From Callorhinchus milii (Eukaryota): a stretch of DNA of 64,000 nucleotides. Under the pieces are notes generated by a model that saw only the letters and a program-made list of their open reading frames with translations, did no database searches and had not been told where the DNA came from. Every line of letters begins with the position of its first letter. Positions within the stretch are counted from its first letter, which is position 1. Shown here piece by piece: positions 39,179 through 52,190 of the stretch. A program made the position numbers and the translations under genes. The stretch lies in NCBI RefSeq assembly GCF_018977255.1, contig NW_024704756.1:6882001-6946000 (forward strand), in the 5' to 3' direction.

Positions 39179-39546
39179 AAATAATAATAAACCTTGCATT
39201 TGATATCGCACCTTAACACCTCTTTGAAACGTCTTAAAGCGCTTCACAGAATGTACTGCAAAGTGAATTGATTTTGTGGGTGAAACACGGCAGCTAATTG
39301 CACACAGCAGTGTCCCACAAAGAGCAAAGGGTTGTGGATTGAGTGGCCAAATTATTATTTTTTTTTTAAGGGATTATCATCCCTGGAAAAAAAGTCCAGC
39401 GATTGAACCTGGTTCCTACTTACTGCGAGATGAACAGAGGCGTGTGGAGTAAGGAAACATTTCCAATGTTTTGCCCTGCCCGGGAATCAAACCCAGATCC
39501 TCTCGCTTGCGAGGCGAGTGGTCTAACCACTGAGCTACAGAACTCC
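39179..39546 (-). mobile_element. tRNA-derived SINE, long form, full length
   Basis: Minus strand GGAGTTCTGTAGCTCAGTGGTTAGACCACTCGCCTCGCAAGCGAG through the (ATT)n tail. Confidence 0.92.
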
Positions 39547-39879
39547 AGTAGCATGCGAAGGGCATTTTGAGGCTTCCAATAATATCTGAAACTGCATTCC
39601 CATGGCACAGAATATGCAAAGACTACAACTGTAGCATAAGCATCGATTCAGTGCAGTGGTTTTAATGGACTGATGTGGAGTTGGCAGACTGTAGTTGCAC
39701 CACTCGTTGTGAAATGCCCTCGCTTGGGGCAGAGTCCTCAGAGAGCTTTGTGCTTGTGCAACCAGTTCATTTTTAATGTAATTAAAAAGTTGCGATTCCT
39801 TCCTCTTTAATAATGTTAACAATCTTAAAAATGGATAAGCAGAACGGCAGGAAATTTTTAAAAAAATTAATCACAGTCC

Positions 39880-40185
39880 ATGCATTTGATATAGCACCTT
39901 TCACATCAAGAAGATATTTCACAGGAGCACTGCAGAAGGAAGTGACTGTAATTTGTAGGCGAACGCAACCGCAAATTTGTTCAGCAATGTTCCAGGAAGT
40001 GAATGACTAATTTTGTCTGAGGGATTCTTGGCCAGTACTCCAGGAGACACTCCCATCTCTTTTCAAGTAGTACAATGGGATCTTTAGCATCCATCTGATC
40101 AGGCAGGCAGAACCTCAATTTAATGACTCATGCAAAGATGGCACCTGCAACAATGCAATGCATTGCATTGGAGTGTCGGATAGGT
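39880..40185 (-). mobile_element. Older Deu-type SINE
   Basis: Reverse complement of the same central domain and tail. Confidence 0.75.
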
Positions 40186-40659
40186 CTGTGAGTCCAAAGA
40201 TCGGAGTTACATACAATTATGCCCATCAATTCAGTTCCGGAACCCGTTCAGTGACACGATTTCTGAAACTCTCTTCTAAAACAAATCAATTGCTTTATCT
40301 GAAGCTAAAAGGATTGTTTCAAAACGTATTCCAACTTCATGTCGGTGCAGAACAGGCAGCATAATTTAAAAATGTGGAAAGATGTGGATGCCTCTCGTAT
40401 ATATACTAATCAGTTTTCAATGTCCAGGGAAGCAATGAACAAATAGAAAAACTGGAAGAAACTCATGCATTAAAACATGATACCCCATCTACAACAGTAA
40501 GCACAGAGGATTACTTTGTCCACAATTCAATTGTTAATCAATATGTTGAATTTTGTAATATTGAATTAAATGTGTGAGGTGATCGCTCCAAAGTGGGGCA
40601 ACATTTCAGACGTTAATTACACTACCATCATTGAATCACACATTTCACCCCCTGTTGTC

Positions 40660-40760
40660 AGGCTTAAAATCAGTTAGAACTGAGGACAGGAAGCATTTAT
40701 TCACAGAGGATTGTGAAGATGTAGAATTGTCAGAAAGCTATAGAGGTGGAATCCTTCAGT
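40660..40760 (+). mobile_element. CR1 fragment abutting L2
   Basis: AGGAAGCATTTATTCACAGAGGATTGTGAAGATGT...AAAGCTATAGAGG, similar to 26830-26897. Confidence 0.65.
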
Positions 40761-41005
40761 GCCCTGTCTGTTCTGTTCCCGACTGGCACCGGCCTCCTGC
40801 TCGTCCCTCGCACCCTCTGTCGCACCATTGGAGGTTGCACTTTCAGACACTTCGGCCCGAAACTCTGGAACACTCTCCATCAATCTCTCCTCCTTTACCT
40901 CCCCCTCCCCTTTTTCAAGTCTCGCCTGAAAACCCTCCGCTTCGGCCACCCCCCCACCCACCCCCGGCTCGGAGTCAGGAGGTGCTCCAGTTTATACTGC
41001 TCATA
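40760..41005 (+). mobile_element. Second L2 family, 3' fragment
   Basis: GTGLLLVPRTLCRTIGGCTFRHFGPKLWNTL...FKSRLKT. Confidence 0.85.
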
Positions 41006-42129
41006 ACATCTACATGACAAAAAGATTGCATTTCATTTTATCACAACAGAATGAAGTGTGACAATAGGTCCAGAGAGAATATTTGCATACATTTTAGAAC
41101 TACGTAATCTAATGGCACCAGGGTACGAGTTTACACCTGTCAACCTTCATGTATTGCATTCACCGGTGAAGGCGTAGAATAACACAAAATTCTCCAATAC
41201 CATTTAACATCAGTAAAAAATGCCAGAACTCCAGGAAAATGGTTCAGTTGTTAATGCTTTCTTTTCCACCTTCTTGGATTAAACCTCCAAAAAGCAGCAG
41301 GGATTTATCTGTTACGATGCAGGGTTTTCTTGTGTGTAAAGATCTAATTGAGTGCAACCTTTGTTGGCAGAAAGCTGCAATTGAAAGAAATGGCTTTGCA
41401 GATGCAAACCAATGGTTGATGTTGAGTGAAAGGAGTCAGTTTGAAGCAGCTGAGTAATTTTCAAATTGATATTCTATTACAATAAAGTCATATTGTTCTC
41501 CTTCATGTTAAATACTTGGCAAGTTATTAAATATACATGTTTATAAACCCTGTGGCTAGTTTGACTGAAATGTGTCCAACTTGTAAAAATGATATTCCAT
41601 AACATAGTGACCTGAGAGCAAATGTTGTTGTATCATTATTATGTGGTACTGGACTTGGAACAATTAGTAAAATGTTAAGCATTTGTTTGTAATCCTTAAT
41701 AGAATCCTCCCAGTGAAGATTAACCACTTAATTTTACTTGGGGACAATAATCATTGCATCCAATGCTACCACAGAGGCACAAATAATTTAACTGAAGTCC
41801 AATTAATAAAATGCAATTTTGAACTTCATCCAGAAAACACTATACATTATAACTGTTCTCTAGTTTTGCAAATTTCTATAGCTTTAATAACTAATCAGTT
41901 AAGAAATGAGCGCACTTTACTATAACTTGCATTTTCACATAGGATGAATGTCTCAAAGCATTTAGTTATTCTATTGAAACTCATCAATCAACCATGAATA
42001 TTATTCAACTTGCATGATAGAGTAGCTCCCATCAAGTATAGCACTTACATCATTTCAGTCAGAGAAGTAAACCTTGTCAACAGATAATGATCATAATAAT
42101 AATTGTTGCATTTGAGATAGCGCCATTTC

Positions 42130-43800
42130 ACGTCATTGAGATGAAGAAAGCAAAGCATAATTGAACAGAAAAACGATAAAAATAAGTGGTTAGAAAACGA
42201 AGGCAATATTGTCCTACAATAAGACTAATTGACGTGTTCACCCAACAGGAAGATGATGTTAAATGGGTTACTTTGAGAATATTAGTCCGTAATAATGGAA
42301 TGAATGTGGAGTGAAAGTGAGATGGTTTAGAATTTTAAATTACAACAAGCAATGAAACTTGCTAGAAGAAAAGCCTATGAAGAACTAGATGTAAAGGGAG
42401 AAAATAGCTATTGTGTTGTTTTGTATTGTCATTCAAAAAGAGGGAATTTAGAAATCTTCCTGTTATCAATGAAATTCTCCACTGAAGGTTAAAAGCATTG
42501 GCTTGATTATTTCCAGAACTGTTGAATGTGGATGAGAGAACAAAATAATCAGCCTTTGTGGTGGATCATCCCAATAGGGATAAAATGCACTTGATGTGAT
42601 GTTGGATGAGATCCAAATTGGCTTTGGTGAAATGAACACCAAGAGGTTAGAAAAGATATTTAAAGAGATTCAAAACCTGATCGCAACTATTTAACGACAC
42701 TTGATCTCAATATCCCTGAGCTATGAAGGGAAAAATCAGTCTCCCCTAAAGACTTGAAATGACACCTAGTCTTAACACATAAGGCAGTTTTGATTTAAAA
42801 ATTTAAGGTTGCACAAAATTATGGAAGATTCAGTGTTCATTTGGAAATTGGTTTCCTCGTTTCTTAAAAGGCCAGCTTCCAAATTAAGACTGAATTCACA
42901 GATTTTATATAAATTTGCATTTTCTTTTAATTTTAAGGCAAAATGGTCTTAAAGACGAAGAATAGGGGGAATCTCAGATGAAGATGAAGAGGCTCTTCAC
43001 CAAAGAACAGGCAGAATTGATGAACCTTTCAGTGTCCATTGATGACATTGTTCAATGAGCAGACATAAAAATTACAAGATGGGATTGTTTCAATAGAATG
43101 AGGTTTCTGTTCAAAAGAATCCTCCAAGGATCAGCGTGGACAGCAGTGAGATTTTGGTGTAGTAGAGAAAAGATGACACACAAAATAATTCTGAAAGCTA
43201 CCGATCCTAAAATAATCCATGACTGAACACGTATCAAAATGTGGACAGACACTAACCACTTCAAGATTAAAAATCACAGACACCTACAACACAGTCAGCT
43301 TCAGAAGTGCCATCCCTCTACTAAAAGAATGACCAGAGAAACATCCTTGTGCCAAACTTATCACATCTTTCAAAACTTGGGACCTGTGTCCTATAGTGGT
43401 AGCTGGAAGAAAGTAGGCAGGGATGAGGGTAAAAGCGTGATAGCCATTGTTAAAGTCGTTTCATTTAGAGTTAAAGTGACAATATGACTTTGCTAATACG
43501 TTCCTTCAAAGGACGTATAATGATGATGTTTTGGCAATAAAACATAGAGAAGCGAGACTTAGAAAACACTGAAAAAATTATGCCAGTGAGAATTTAACAA
43601 TTCAATCTTAATGCCAATCTTGAAGACTGAAGAAATTCAAGCAATTCATTTGAATTAACTGAACTTAGGCCTTCAGCTGACAAGTCTAGTAGCACTAAAA
43701 TTTTAGTCGACAGGTGTATTAGGAAATGCAGAAAGTTATCACTGCAGTGTGTAGGGTCTAGTATGGCATCCATTTCATGCAGATGAAACAAAAATGTAAT
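42130..43800 (+). mobile_element. Possible highly decayed RTE-like LINE ORF
   Basis: Long purine-skewed tract. TGGCTTGATTATTTCCAGAACTGTTGAATGTGGAT resembles the RTE motif W.EYF.ELLNV across a frameshift. No intact ORF. Confidence 0.35.
42750..42975. mobile_element. Old palindromic MITE-like repeat
   Basis: Shares GCTTCCAAAT and the reverse complement of TTAAGACTATTTTGCCTTAAAATTAAA with 11695-11855, and GAATTCAGTCTTAATTT with 8025-8150. Confidence 0.6.
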
Positions 43801-43904
43801 TTGAACAGTTTTGAGGTACTTGTCACCTTTAACTGTTGAATTCCCTCTTGAAGACAGCAACCATCCTGTGATATGGTTCCATGTTTGCTGTTCTGTCTTT
43901 GGTA

Positions 43905-44370
43905 ACTGATCCTTGTGTGCACAGCAAGCTTCGGCTAACGCAGCAAAGACCAGGGATGGATTCTTGAACCTTCTGCGTCTATATGGCTTAATTTGCCACT
44001 AGGCAGTGCAATGATTTACCAATTCAACGGAAAGGAATCATCCTTTAAAAGAAAAATTGCAAAATAGAATGGTCCTGCAATAGCTGATCTCTGTCAAGAC
44101 AGTTAGTAGAGTCACTGGAATTAGCCTGAGTAGTCTGAGGAAGGAAGAAGCATAACATAGCTGGGGTTATTGCTAATTTTTCATCTTTAGACCACTCCTT
44201 GAACAAAGGCATGTGTGGGCATCAGACAAACTCAACTGCAAAGTGCTCTGCCAATTGAATGGCCTGCAGAAGCTCGCCCTTTCACTGCACCCATGAAGAA
44301 TGATCACATTGGGCAGGTGCCATGGAGAGGGTGACACCTATAGACCTACTCAGCGGTGCTGCTGTGCACA
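43905..44370. mobile_element. Ancient SINE-like family, head inverted relative to body
   Basis: Head on minus (about 43905-44030) and body on plus (about 44078-44370, CCATGAAGAATGATCACATTGGGC). Confidence 0.55.
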
Positions 44371-44495
44371 GTGAGAATAAAAGACAATGTTTTGTATCAG
44401 ATTTGCTGTGATTAAACCTGTGATGAGGTGTCATCATTTTGTTGTCTGAATTCATATTTCAAACAGACCTTCGGAAGCATATGTTGCATTATTGT

Positions 44496-44817
44496 GGAGT
44501 CCTGTAGCTCAGTGGTTAGAGCACTCGCTTTGCAAGCGAGAGACCTGAGTTCAATTCCAGGCAGAGGGCGAAACCTTGGGCAAGTTTCCTTACTCCACAC
44601 GCCTAATAATAATCCCTCCAAAACCAAAATCAATAATAAATTGGTCATTTTCAATCTACGACTGTTTGTGGGACATTGTTGTGTGCAATTGGCTGCCGCG
44701 TTTGCCCACAAATATACAGCAATTCACTTTACAGTGTGTTCTGTGAAGCGCTTTGGGACGTCCTCCCGACGTGAAAAGCGCTATATCAAATGCAAGGATT
44801 ATTATTATTATTATTAT
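44496..44817 (+). mobile_element. tRNA-derived SINE, young short form, full length
   Basis: tRNA-like head with A box TAGCTCAGTGG, anticodon arm CTCGC-TTTGCAA-GCGAG and B box GAGTTCAATTCC. L2-type 3' stem-loop and (ATT)n tail. Confidence 0.93.
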
Positions 44818-47451
44818 AGGATGCAGCAAATTGCAGTTAATAGAACCATCAGAATCCGTTGTTCATTTGTTGTGTTCTGTCTCATAGCAAATAATAATAA
44901 TAATAATGACTGGATACGTTGAAATAATGTACTTCTGGATTCTACCATTAAGAGACTTCTACTGTAAGACCTCAGTGTATTTATGTTTGAAAATGTTCAA
45001 CGACAGAGAGTAGAACACAGTCAAGATTCCCCAAGGAATTAGGTCCTGATCTTGAGCGTGTCTTTGGAGAAAAGAGGAAAACGTTAGCTGTTTAACCACA
45101 GGGAGGAAAATCAGAGTGAGTCACCTTGGCTACGCTAGTATATCTCCCACTGATTCACTGGCAATAACCTGATTTTCTCTCTCTCTCTTTCTCTTCTTTA
45201 CCGAGTAATATGGCTAGCTGCTGAAAGACACAAATCAAAGAGAGAAAAATAAAAAGGGATGAAACTAAAAACATTCCCAATTGAAGGAAAATGTCCTCCC
45301 GCTCATAATCCTTTAGACAAAGCATATTGAAAGCATTTCTATTCGGAATGTCAAATGCTGTGAAAGAGTGTAATGTGTTTTTCAGTATGAATGCCATTCA
45401 GCACTGATTCACAAGTTTACAGCTTATGAAGGGAGCAGACTACTTAATGTTAGTGCTGATGTCTGTTGAATATCAACTACCTATGATTGCACTGTGAGTG
45501 ACACAGGGAGCAGATTATTGATGTCTTGTCCTTATTCTTGTTTCATTTTACCTCCGAAATGACAAAATTCTATTTTGATAGTTTGTTGAAAATCTTGTGG
45601 GCTTTTTTTCCGCCTGCTGTGTCAGTGACATTATTAGGAATTACTTGCGCAATATTTGGTTTGCTACTTATTGATAAATCTGACAACTTTTCAATCTTTT
45701 CTTGTGGGAAGCTCGACCTGTGTGTACAGTGAACTGTGTACCAGGAAATGACTGAAATCAAACATTTCCTTACAGGTATAGGCTGCAGCTGGCATTTAGC
45801 GAGAGGATGGTTAGTTATACCTCTGTTACACTACTAGCACACTGATTTGCACACTGACCATTGCAGCAAGATGGAAAGCCAACAGATTTGGGTTACACTG
45901 CCAGCTTTCTACCACTCTCAGCCTGAAATCATTGTAAGTGAAGTGAGTATGTTCAAAACCACCTTAACACCTATCTATTCAACTGTTCTTTCAGCCACTT
46001 CTGTTCTCCCCCCCACTGCCCCCATCCCAGTCACTTAAGTGAAGCATTTAGAGAAGTCTCCTCGATGAGAAAGGCATTATATAAATGTAAATTGGTGGTG
46101 GTGTTTCTCTGTTAAAATCATGCTCAAAAGCTGGTTGCTTTTCAAGTTATTGAAATCCAGCAGGATTGCTGGCCCTTCATTAACTTTAAAATTCCTCCAA
46201 AACTCCACACTGACCCGTGTTTCAATCCAGTTGATGGAAAGGTTGATGACAATAGCTGCTTCAGGTGGTTTGGCCGGGCTTCATTAAGCCTGAATCAAGC
46301 TGGCGAAACAGTGAGAATACAACCAAAATTTCAACAATTGGAGATGAACACCGAATCAGATCAGTACAAAGTGTGTGATGCAACTCCCCGATTTAGCAAA
46401 GTATAGCCTGCGCACAAGAAAATCCTTGTATTTGCTAATTTATATTTTTCCTCTTCTTCCTGAAAAGCTCAGGTATGAATGTATGATTAATTAAAGTTGC
46501 TGTCTCACTTTAACAGGAAATTATACCATCCATTCAGTGGCAATTGAAATGTACCTTTTTAGCTCAGCCATTTTCAGCTCTACCACCTGCTGTGTAATTA
46601 ACTTTAATGTACGTGACTAAAGATATGTGCCCCAACTGACAAGATAATCAATAGTATATAGAATGACCAATTATATTTTAATAGACTATATTGTATTCAC
46701 TTGGTTTAACAATGTATGTTTCAATCATTATTCATCTCTGCATGTCTGTCTTAGTCAAACTTTATCACATTTTCTCCATTAAATGTCACTACACTAAATG
46801 TAAAAGTGCACCAAGTACATTTATTCCAATAATTAAGTCCATGTGAAAAGTAACTCATTGCATTTTATCGGTTTAATTTCCGCTTTGAACAAGCCTGGTA
46901 ATGAACGGAAGAGGTTTAATAAACAGTTACTCTTGTCAAGCTGATGAACATTGGGTATGTGAGATTAAATAAAGACCAAATGATGGCAGGGATCATGCAG
47001 TGAGCCACTAATACATTGAAGGGGTTCAGATGATGCCAGGAACCATGAGATTAAATCTGATGCAATTTACATAGCCATTCCAACCCGGGGTATACATTAC
47101 ATCTATTGAAATATGCCCTGAAATTATATATTTGTAATTATTGCTATACTCTCTAATTATTATTTTCAGAAATTGGAATTTTCCAATTCTGTGCTCATTG
47201 CCATCATCATAACAATAATTTTTGCATGATTATCATTGAATGTGATTTGTTTTTAAGCACGTCATTCTGCATCACCCGTCAGGACTGGTACAATCTTATG
47301 ATATTATTCTAGAGATAAGTCTATATATGATTTCCTGTTCATTACATTGGTACTACAATTTGCAACGATTTCTAACAGGGTTCTTGATTAAGGAAACCAG
47401 AAGTAAATCAGATGGATTTGCAAGAACTCTGCTCCAACTCAATCTACTCCT

Positions 47452-47775
47452 TTGATTTCCAGGAGGGCAAAATATTGGGCAAATTTCCTTACTCCACACG
47501 CCTCTGTTTACCTAGCAGTAAGTAGGAATCCGGTTGTTAGTCGATTGACAGATTGTTTTTTCGGGGGTAATAATTCCGTCAAACAAAAATAATAATAATA
47601 AATTGGTCACTTCAATCCATGACTGTTTGTGGGACACTGTGCGCAATTGACTGCTGCATTTTGCCCACAAAATATAGTCAATTCACTTTACAGTATATTT
47701 TGTGAAGTGCTTTGAGACATCTCAAAGACGTGATAAGGCACTTTATCAAATTCAAGGTTTATTATATTATTATAA
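47452..47775 (+). mobile_element. tRNA-derived SINE, long form, 5'-truncated
   Basis: Collinear with the 56613 and 39179 copies from the B box onward. Confidence 0.9.
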
Positions 47776-50754
47776 TATGGTTCAGTGTGACATGCCTCTG
47801 GTTACCGGGAGTCCTTGTTTGGATTGTTGAAGACCTCTGTTAGTTAGACGTAGCTGACTGTTGGACACCATTGTACTGTAGATGCATTGATAGGAAGGTA
47901 CAATGAGAGGTCAGGCAATATTGGTTTGGTATGATCCTAATTTCCTTCTAACTTATAATTGCAATAGAAGAAAATTTGGATCCGATCCAGTTTGTAACTT
48001 TAACAGATATTGCTCTGAGCTGACAACAGCTATCAATCCTAATAATGTATAGTTTTAATACAGCCATTACAGAAACAATACACCCTGATGTTTTTGAACG
48101 AGCATAATCCTTATTAATGCACTTCAATAATTAATTATGCATTAGGTGAGATAAAAATAAACACAATCTCTGTGGCTTAGTGATCAGCGTTTAAATTTTA
48201 AGCAGGGTATTCACATGGAAATCAAAGTTGCAGACATTTGCTTTTTTAAAAAAAAATGTATTCACACTGAACAAAAATAAAGACTGTCCAAGAGATTGTT
48301 ATGTATTGTTTTAAGCCTCGGTAGTTGAGAGCTTCTTTTTACATAACTCAGAATCTGTTAGGTGCAAGTGGGTTGGATATTAACAGTCCTTTGCTGTGAG
48401 CACACTTCCTGGAGCAAGCAATCACTCAGCTCAGTTTGCCAATCCGATAAAGAAAGAAAAGTAACAGTTTATATTGGCAAACAAACTCTGCTTCCCAGTG
48501 ACTGCTGTAAGGATGTTTACCTCCTGGGTAACACAGCAGTGATATAGGAAATAATTCTGAACATTACTGATTGACTTTGTTCCAGCCGGAGCTTTCAGAA
48601 GTGCTTGTGACACAGAAGGTGAAGACATCGATCGTCCACCTGAAGAGTTTCATTGGTGGCTTTATAACACTGCAAATCATTTTAAGTTTATATATTAGTT
48701 TAATGTATCTTATTTAGTTCATCTAATTTATAAAGAAAGTGTAAGGGAGGCCGAACGTTAATGTTTCCATTATGTATGGATGTTGAGCTTTTCCAGGGTG
48801 TAATCAGCAAGGTGCAGCTATTAGCCTTCTCCAATTTGAGCCTTTCAGTACATTTTATTGGGTCCTCTACACTTTTAGAAATTAAGATCTGAACTTTTAT
48901 GTATCATTCATGTCTACGTCACCTCCAAACTTAATTTCTTTAATGCTCTCCTAAATGTACTTCCATCTCAACCCTCCATAAGCTCTAGTTTATCCAGAAC
49001 TTTGCAACCCATATTCTCTCCCACACATGCACTGCAAGCTCATCATAGATAAGTAAAGCTCTTCTTCTTCTTCTTCTTCATCAATATATTTGAATCCTAA
49101 TGGATCTGACTATAATCTCAACTGGAGTGAGGTATGGGCAAAAAGAGTTTTGATCCACTGAAATCTTTGCCTGATTGATGTCAAGTGATCAAACAAAACA
49201 GTTTTGTGCTGATAATGTGCTAATATTCCAATAGTGCATTGATACAATGCAGTGATTTCATCGACATGGAAAAGGGTTAAGGATACAGTTTACTTTCAGA
49301 TTGCTGGAAGGTGCTAAACTTTATGCAAATGCTTTCATGTTAATGCTCTCGCTGATACAAACTACCGATTTTATAACCATCTGACAGCTGGTGTCATTCA
49401 GTCTCTCTCAAAACGTGTGAAAACAGATAATATGATTATCACATTGAATCTGTTACAAAACATCACATTTTTCGCCTTGTGTATAATATCATTGTAGCAG
49501 ACATATGGCTAACAGTCGTATTTGGTAAGGTTGTTCTTTAGATAAAGAAATTCCTTATACAACAATTTCCTTTTTTTGGTTGATGAATCAAGTTCAATCC
49601 ATTAAACTATGACTAATCAGAATAGCTTGAGGGCTTTCAGATTTATGGTTGTTTAGACTTGCAATAAACATTTGTTTTTGGAACACTGATTGCCATATTA
49701 CTATATTAGTAATAATTGCATCTAATATAATAATGATGAACCTGGGTCCTCTCGCTTGTGAGGGGAGCAGCTATTCACCATCCTATGGGACATCTTGATA
49801 ATATAGCGCCTTATCGGGTCAATATAATTTGAAGTTGTGATATTTGGATCATTGGTGTTAGCGAGGCAAATGGAATGCAGTGCAAATCCTTTAAAACTCA
49901 AAATGCAAATGGCATCACTCCCTTGAAAATAAGGTGGTAAAAGAATAATATTGAGGAATGCTTACTAGTCAATGTAAACTTTGTCAGAGTAGGGTCGATG
50001 ACACTAACCCTAGCAATCTTTGTGTTACGTGGTTATAATTGAATTTCCCATTGCAAACACATAACTATAAACATCACTTGTTTGTTAGCAGTCAATGTGT
50101 GACAGACCTGTATATATAATTATCAATCTTGCAGTGCAGTTGTGAAATATCAATATTTAAATGGGGGGGTAAATCTTATTGAATGAGATGTACATACATG
50201 GCTATCAAGGAAGTGAATGCCTGATGTGGTGCATGTGATATTGCGTCCTGTTTTTAAGCTGATGTTAGTACATGTATGTGCATGGCTTCCTCTAACTGTA
50301 AGGTCATGTCTCTTTAAAGTTGCCTCATGGCTCAAAGTCTAATTGATTTAGTTAATAAAATGGCAGATCAGCTACATAATGCCTTTCATGCTACTTTATT
50401 TGTATCGTAACTTCAGAATTTTTTTATCTTCAAAACAATAGGAGAGGCTGATGGATAACTTATTTCGTAAATTAATTTTCAATCTTCCATTTTTTTTCCC
50501 TAACCCTGTTAAGTTCAACTTCAAACCAGCTCTGAAGTTTATATCTTTCTGGTAACAACAAGCCCTTAATTACACTTTTTGAATTAGCAGCCACAGTTCT
50601 TAAATTATGATATTAGGTGGAATTACTTTCCATTTGAATGGTAATCTTTTCATTGGAAGATTCAGTATGAAATCAAATACTTTCTCGAGAGAAAACTTGC
50701 CCAAATATCCTCATGATTGTTTCTTTTCACAGCCTGCAGTAAAATGTATTAAAA

Positions 50755-50992
50755 GTAATAAACCTTGCATATCATGCAGCACATATAATGTCAAGACGTC
50801 GCAAAGTGCTTTATGGTAATTACTGTTAAATGTAGTGACTGTATTTGTAGGTGAATGTGGCAACCAATTTGCACACAGCAATTCCCCACAAACAGCCAGG
50901 AGGGTCAATTCCATAGCGCCAACTTTAATTGATCAATTTAACCGGAGGATTGTCAGACAAGACACTGGAGAAACTCCCTTCTCTTTTGAAAT
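50755..50992 (-). mobile_element. Older Deu-type SINE, 3' half
   Basis: AATAAACCTTGCAT...CCAATTTGCACACAGCAATTCCCCACAAACAGC. Confidence 0.75.
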
Positions 50993-51939
50993 AGCTTAAC
51001 CTTCTTTTGAATCACGCCCAAGTTTAAAACAAATGGGAGATTTATCTTTACATTAACGTTCCTACTGTAATGCCTTATGTTCACATCAATATAACTTCTC
51101 TACAATAGCAATTCAGTATACCTCAATTATAATTTTGAAAGAGGAAACCAGAAACTGGGTTTACATTTTCTTTCAGGCTGTTTCTAATTTTGAGGACCGA
51201 TCCATTACCCTCATTAACAGAAAGATCCTACAATAGTTAATGCGTTTAGCAATGGGAATTTCACAGGATAGCTTACAGATACTAATTGTTTCATAAATAT
51301 TGGGTAATCTGGAGGAAAAACAGTTGATCTGTGCAATCAGACAGCATAATTCACCTGAAGCCAAAACTCTTTCTGTAATGTTGGAGTTTCTAGTGCTGTG
51401 AAATTAATCCTGTTTCCCTGTGTTTGTGTATTCCACAGCGTCAACTTTACTGAAACTCTAGATTTCGTTGCCCCTCTGTAAATAATTGTAATGAATGAAC
51501 AATTTGCCCAGTTAATGACTCTTTAGTCTCTTAGGATGTGGTGTTACTGGATTGTGAAGTTATGTGCAAGAAAAATAGAGACTAGAATTGATATCAATTA
51601 ATTGAATGGCATCTGCTTTGAATGTGACTCAGATGTCAAAAATGAACTTTATAAAATAGTAGTATTGCTTAATTACATTATGAACAATATCAGCAGATGG
51701 GAACCAAAATATCTGCCTCCAAGCAACATTAGTTTATTGTGCGTGTGTTTGCTAGTAAATCTCTTAGTGCTAAATCAGCTGAACTTTTGTCCAACTTAAT
51801 TAGTTCCACTGAACCGATAGACTGGATAAGCTGCACATAATTGGCAATTCTGCTAATTCTCCGTCTCCAAAGCGTTTCCCTCTCCTCCTGCTCTCCTGAA
51901 ATTATTTGACTCATTTTTCCCCCCCTTGGGGCATAGTTG

Positions 51940-52190
51940 CACAAGTGCTAGTTGCACCTTGCCTAGTTGGCTATTATTCATGTATGAGCCATGATGATGA
52001 GCATTGGAAGGCGATTTGACCATGGGGGTTTGGAGCACATTCAAGCCCAATCCAGGCCTCATTCAGCACCCTCACAAATGCTCTTCCAATGGTGCTTAGG
52101 AATCAGGAGTTGGAACCCTGCATCGCTCCCCGTCTTATGTGTATGCAACCAATTGTAATAGCCCAATTGCTGCCTGAGCTGAGATCACAC
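51940..52190 (-). mobile_element. Ancient SINE-like family copy
   Basis: GGCTATTATTCATGTATGAGCC...ATCAGGAGTTGGAACCCTG...GCTGAGATCA. Confidence 0.6.

Noticed and set aside
44496-44570. tRNA-Ala(TGC)-like gene
   Set aside because: It runs directly into a SINE body and tail and is repeated in several SINE copies, so it is a SINE head and not a tRNA gene.
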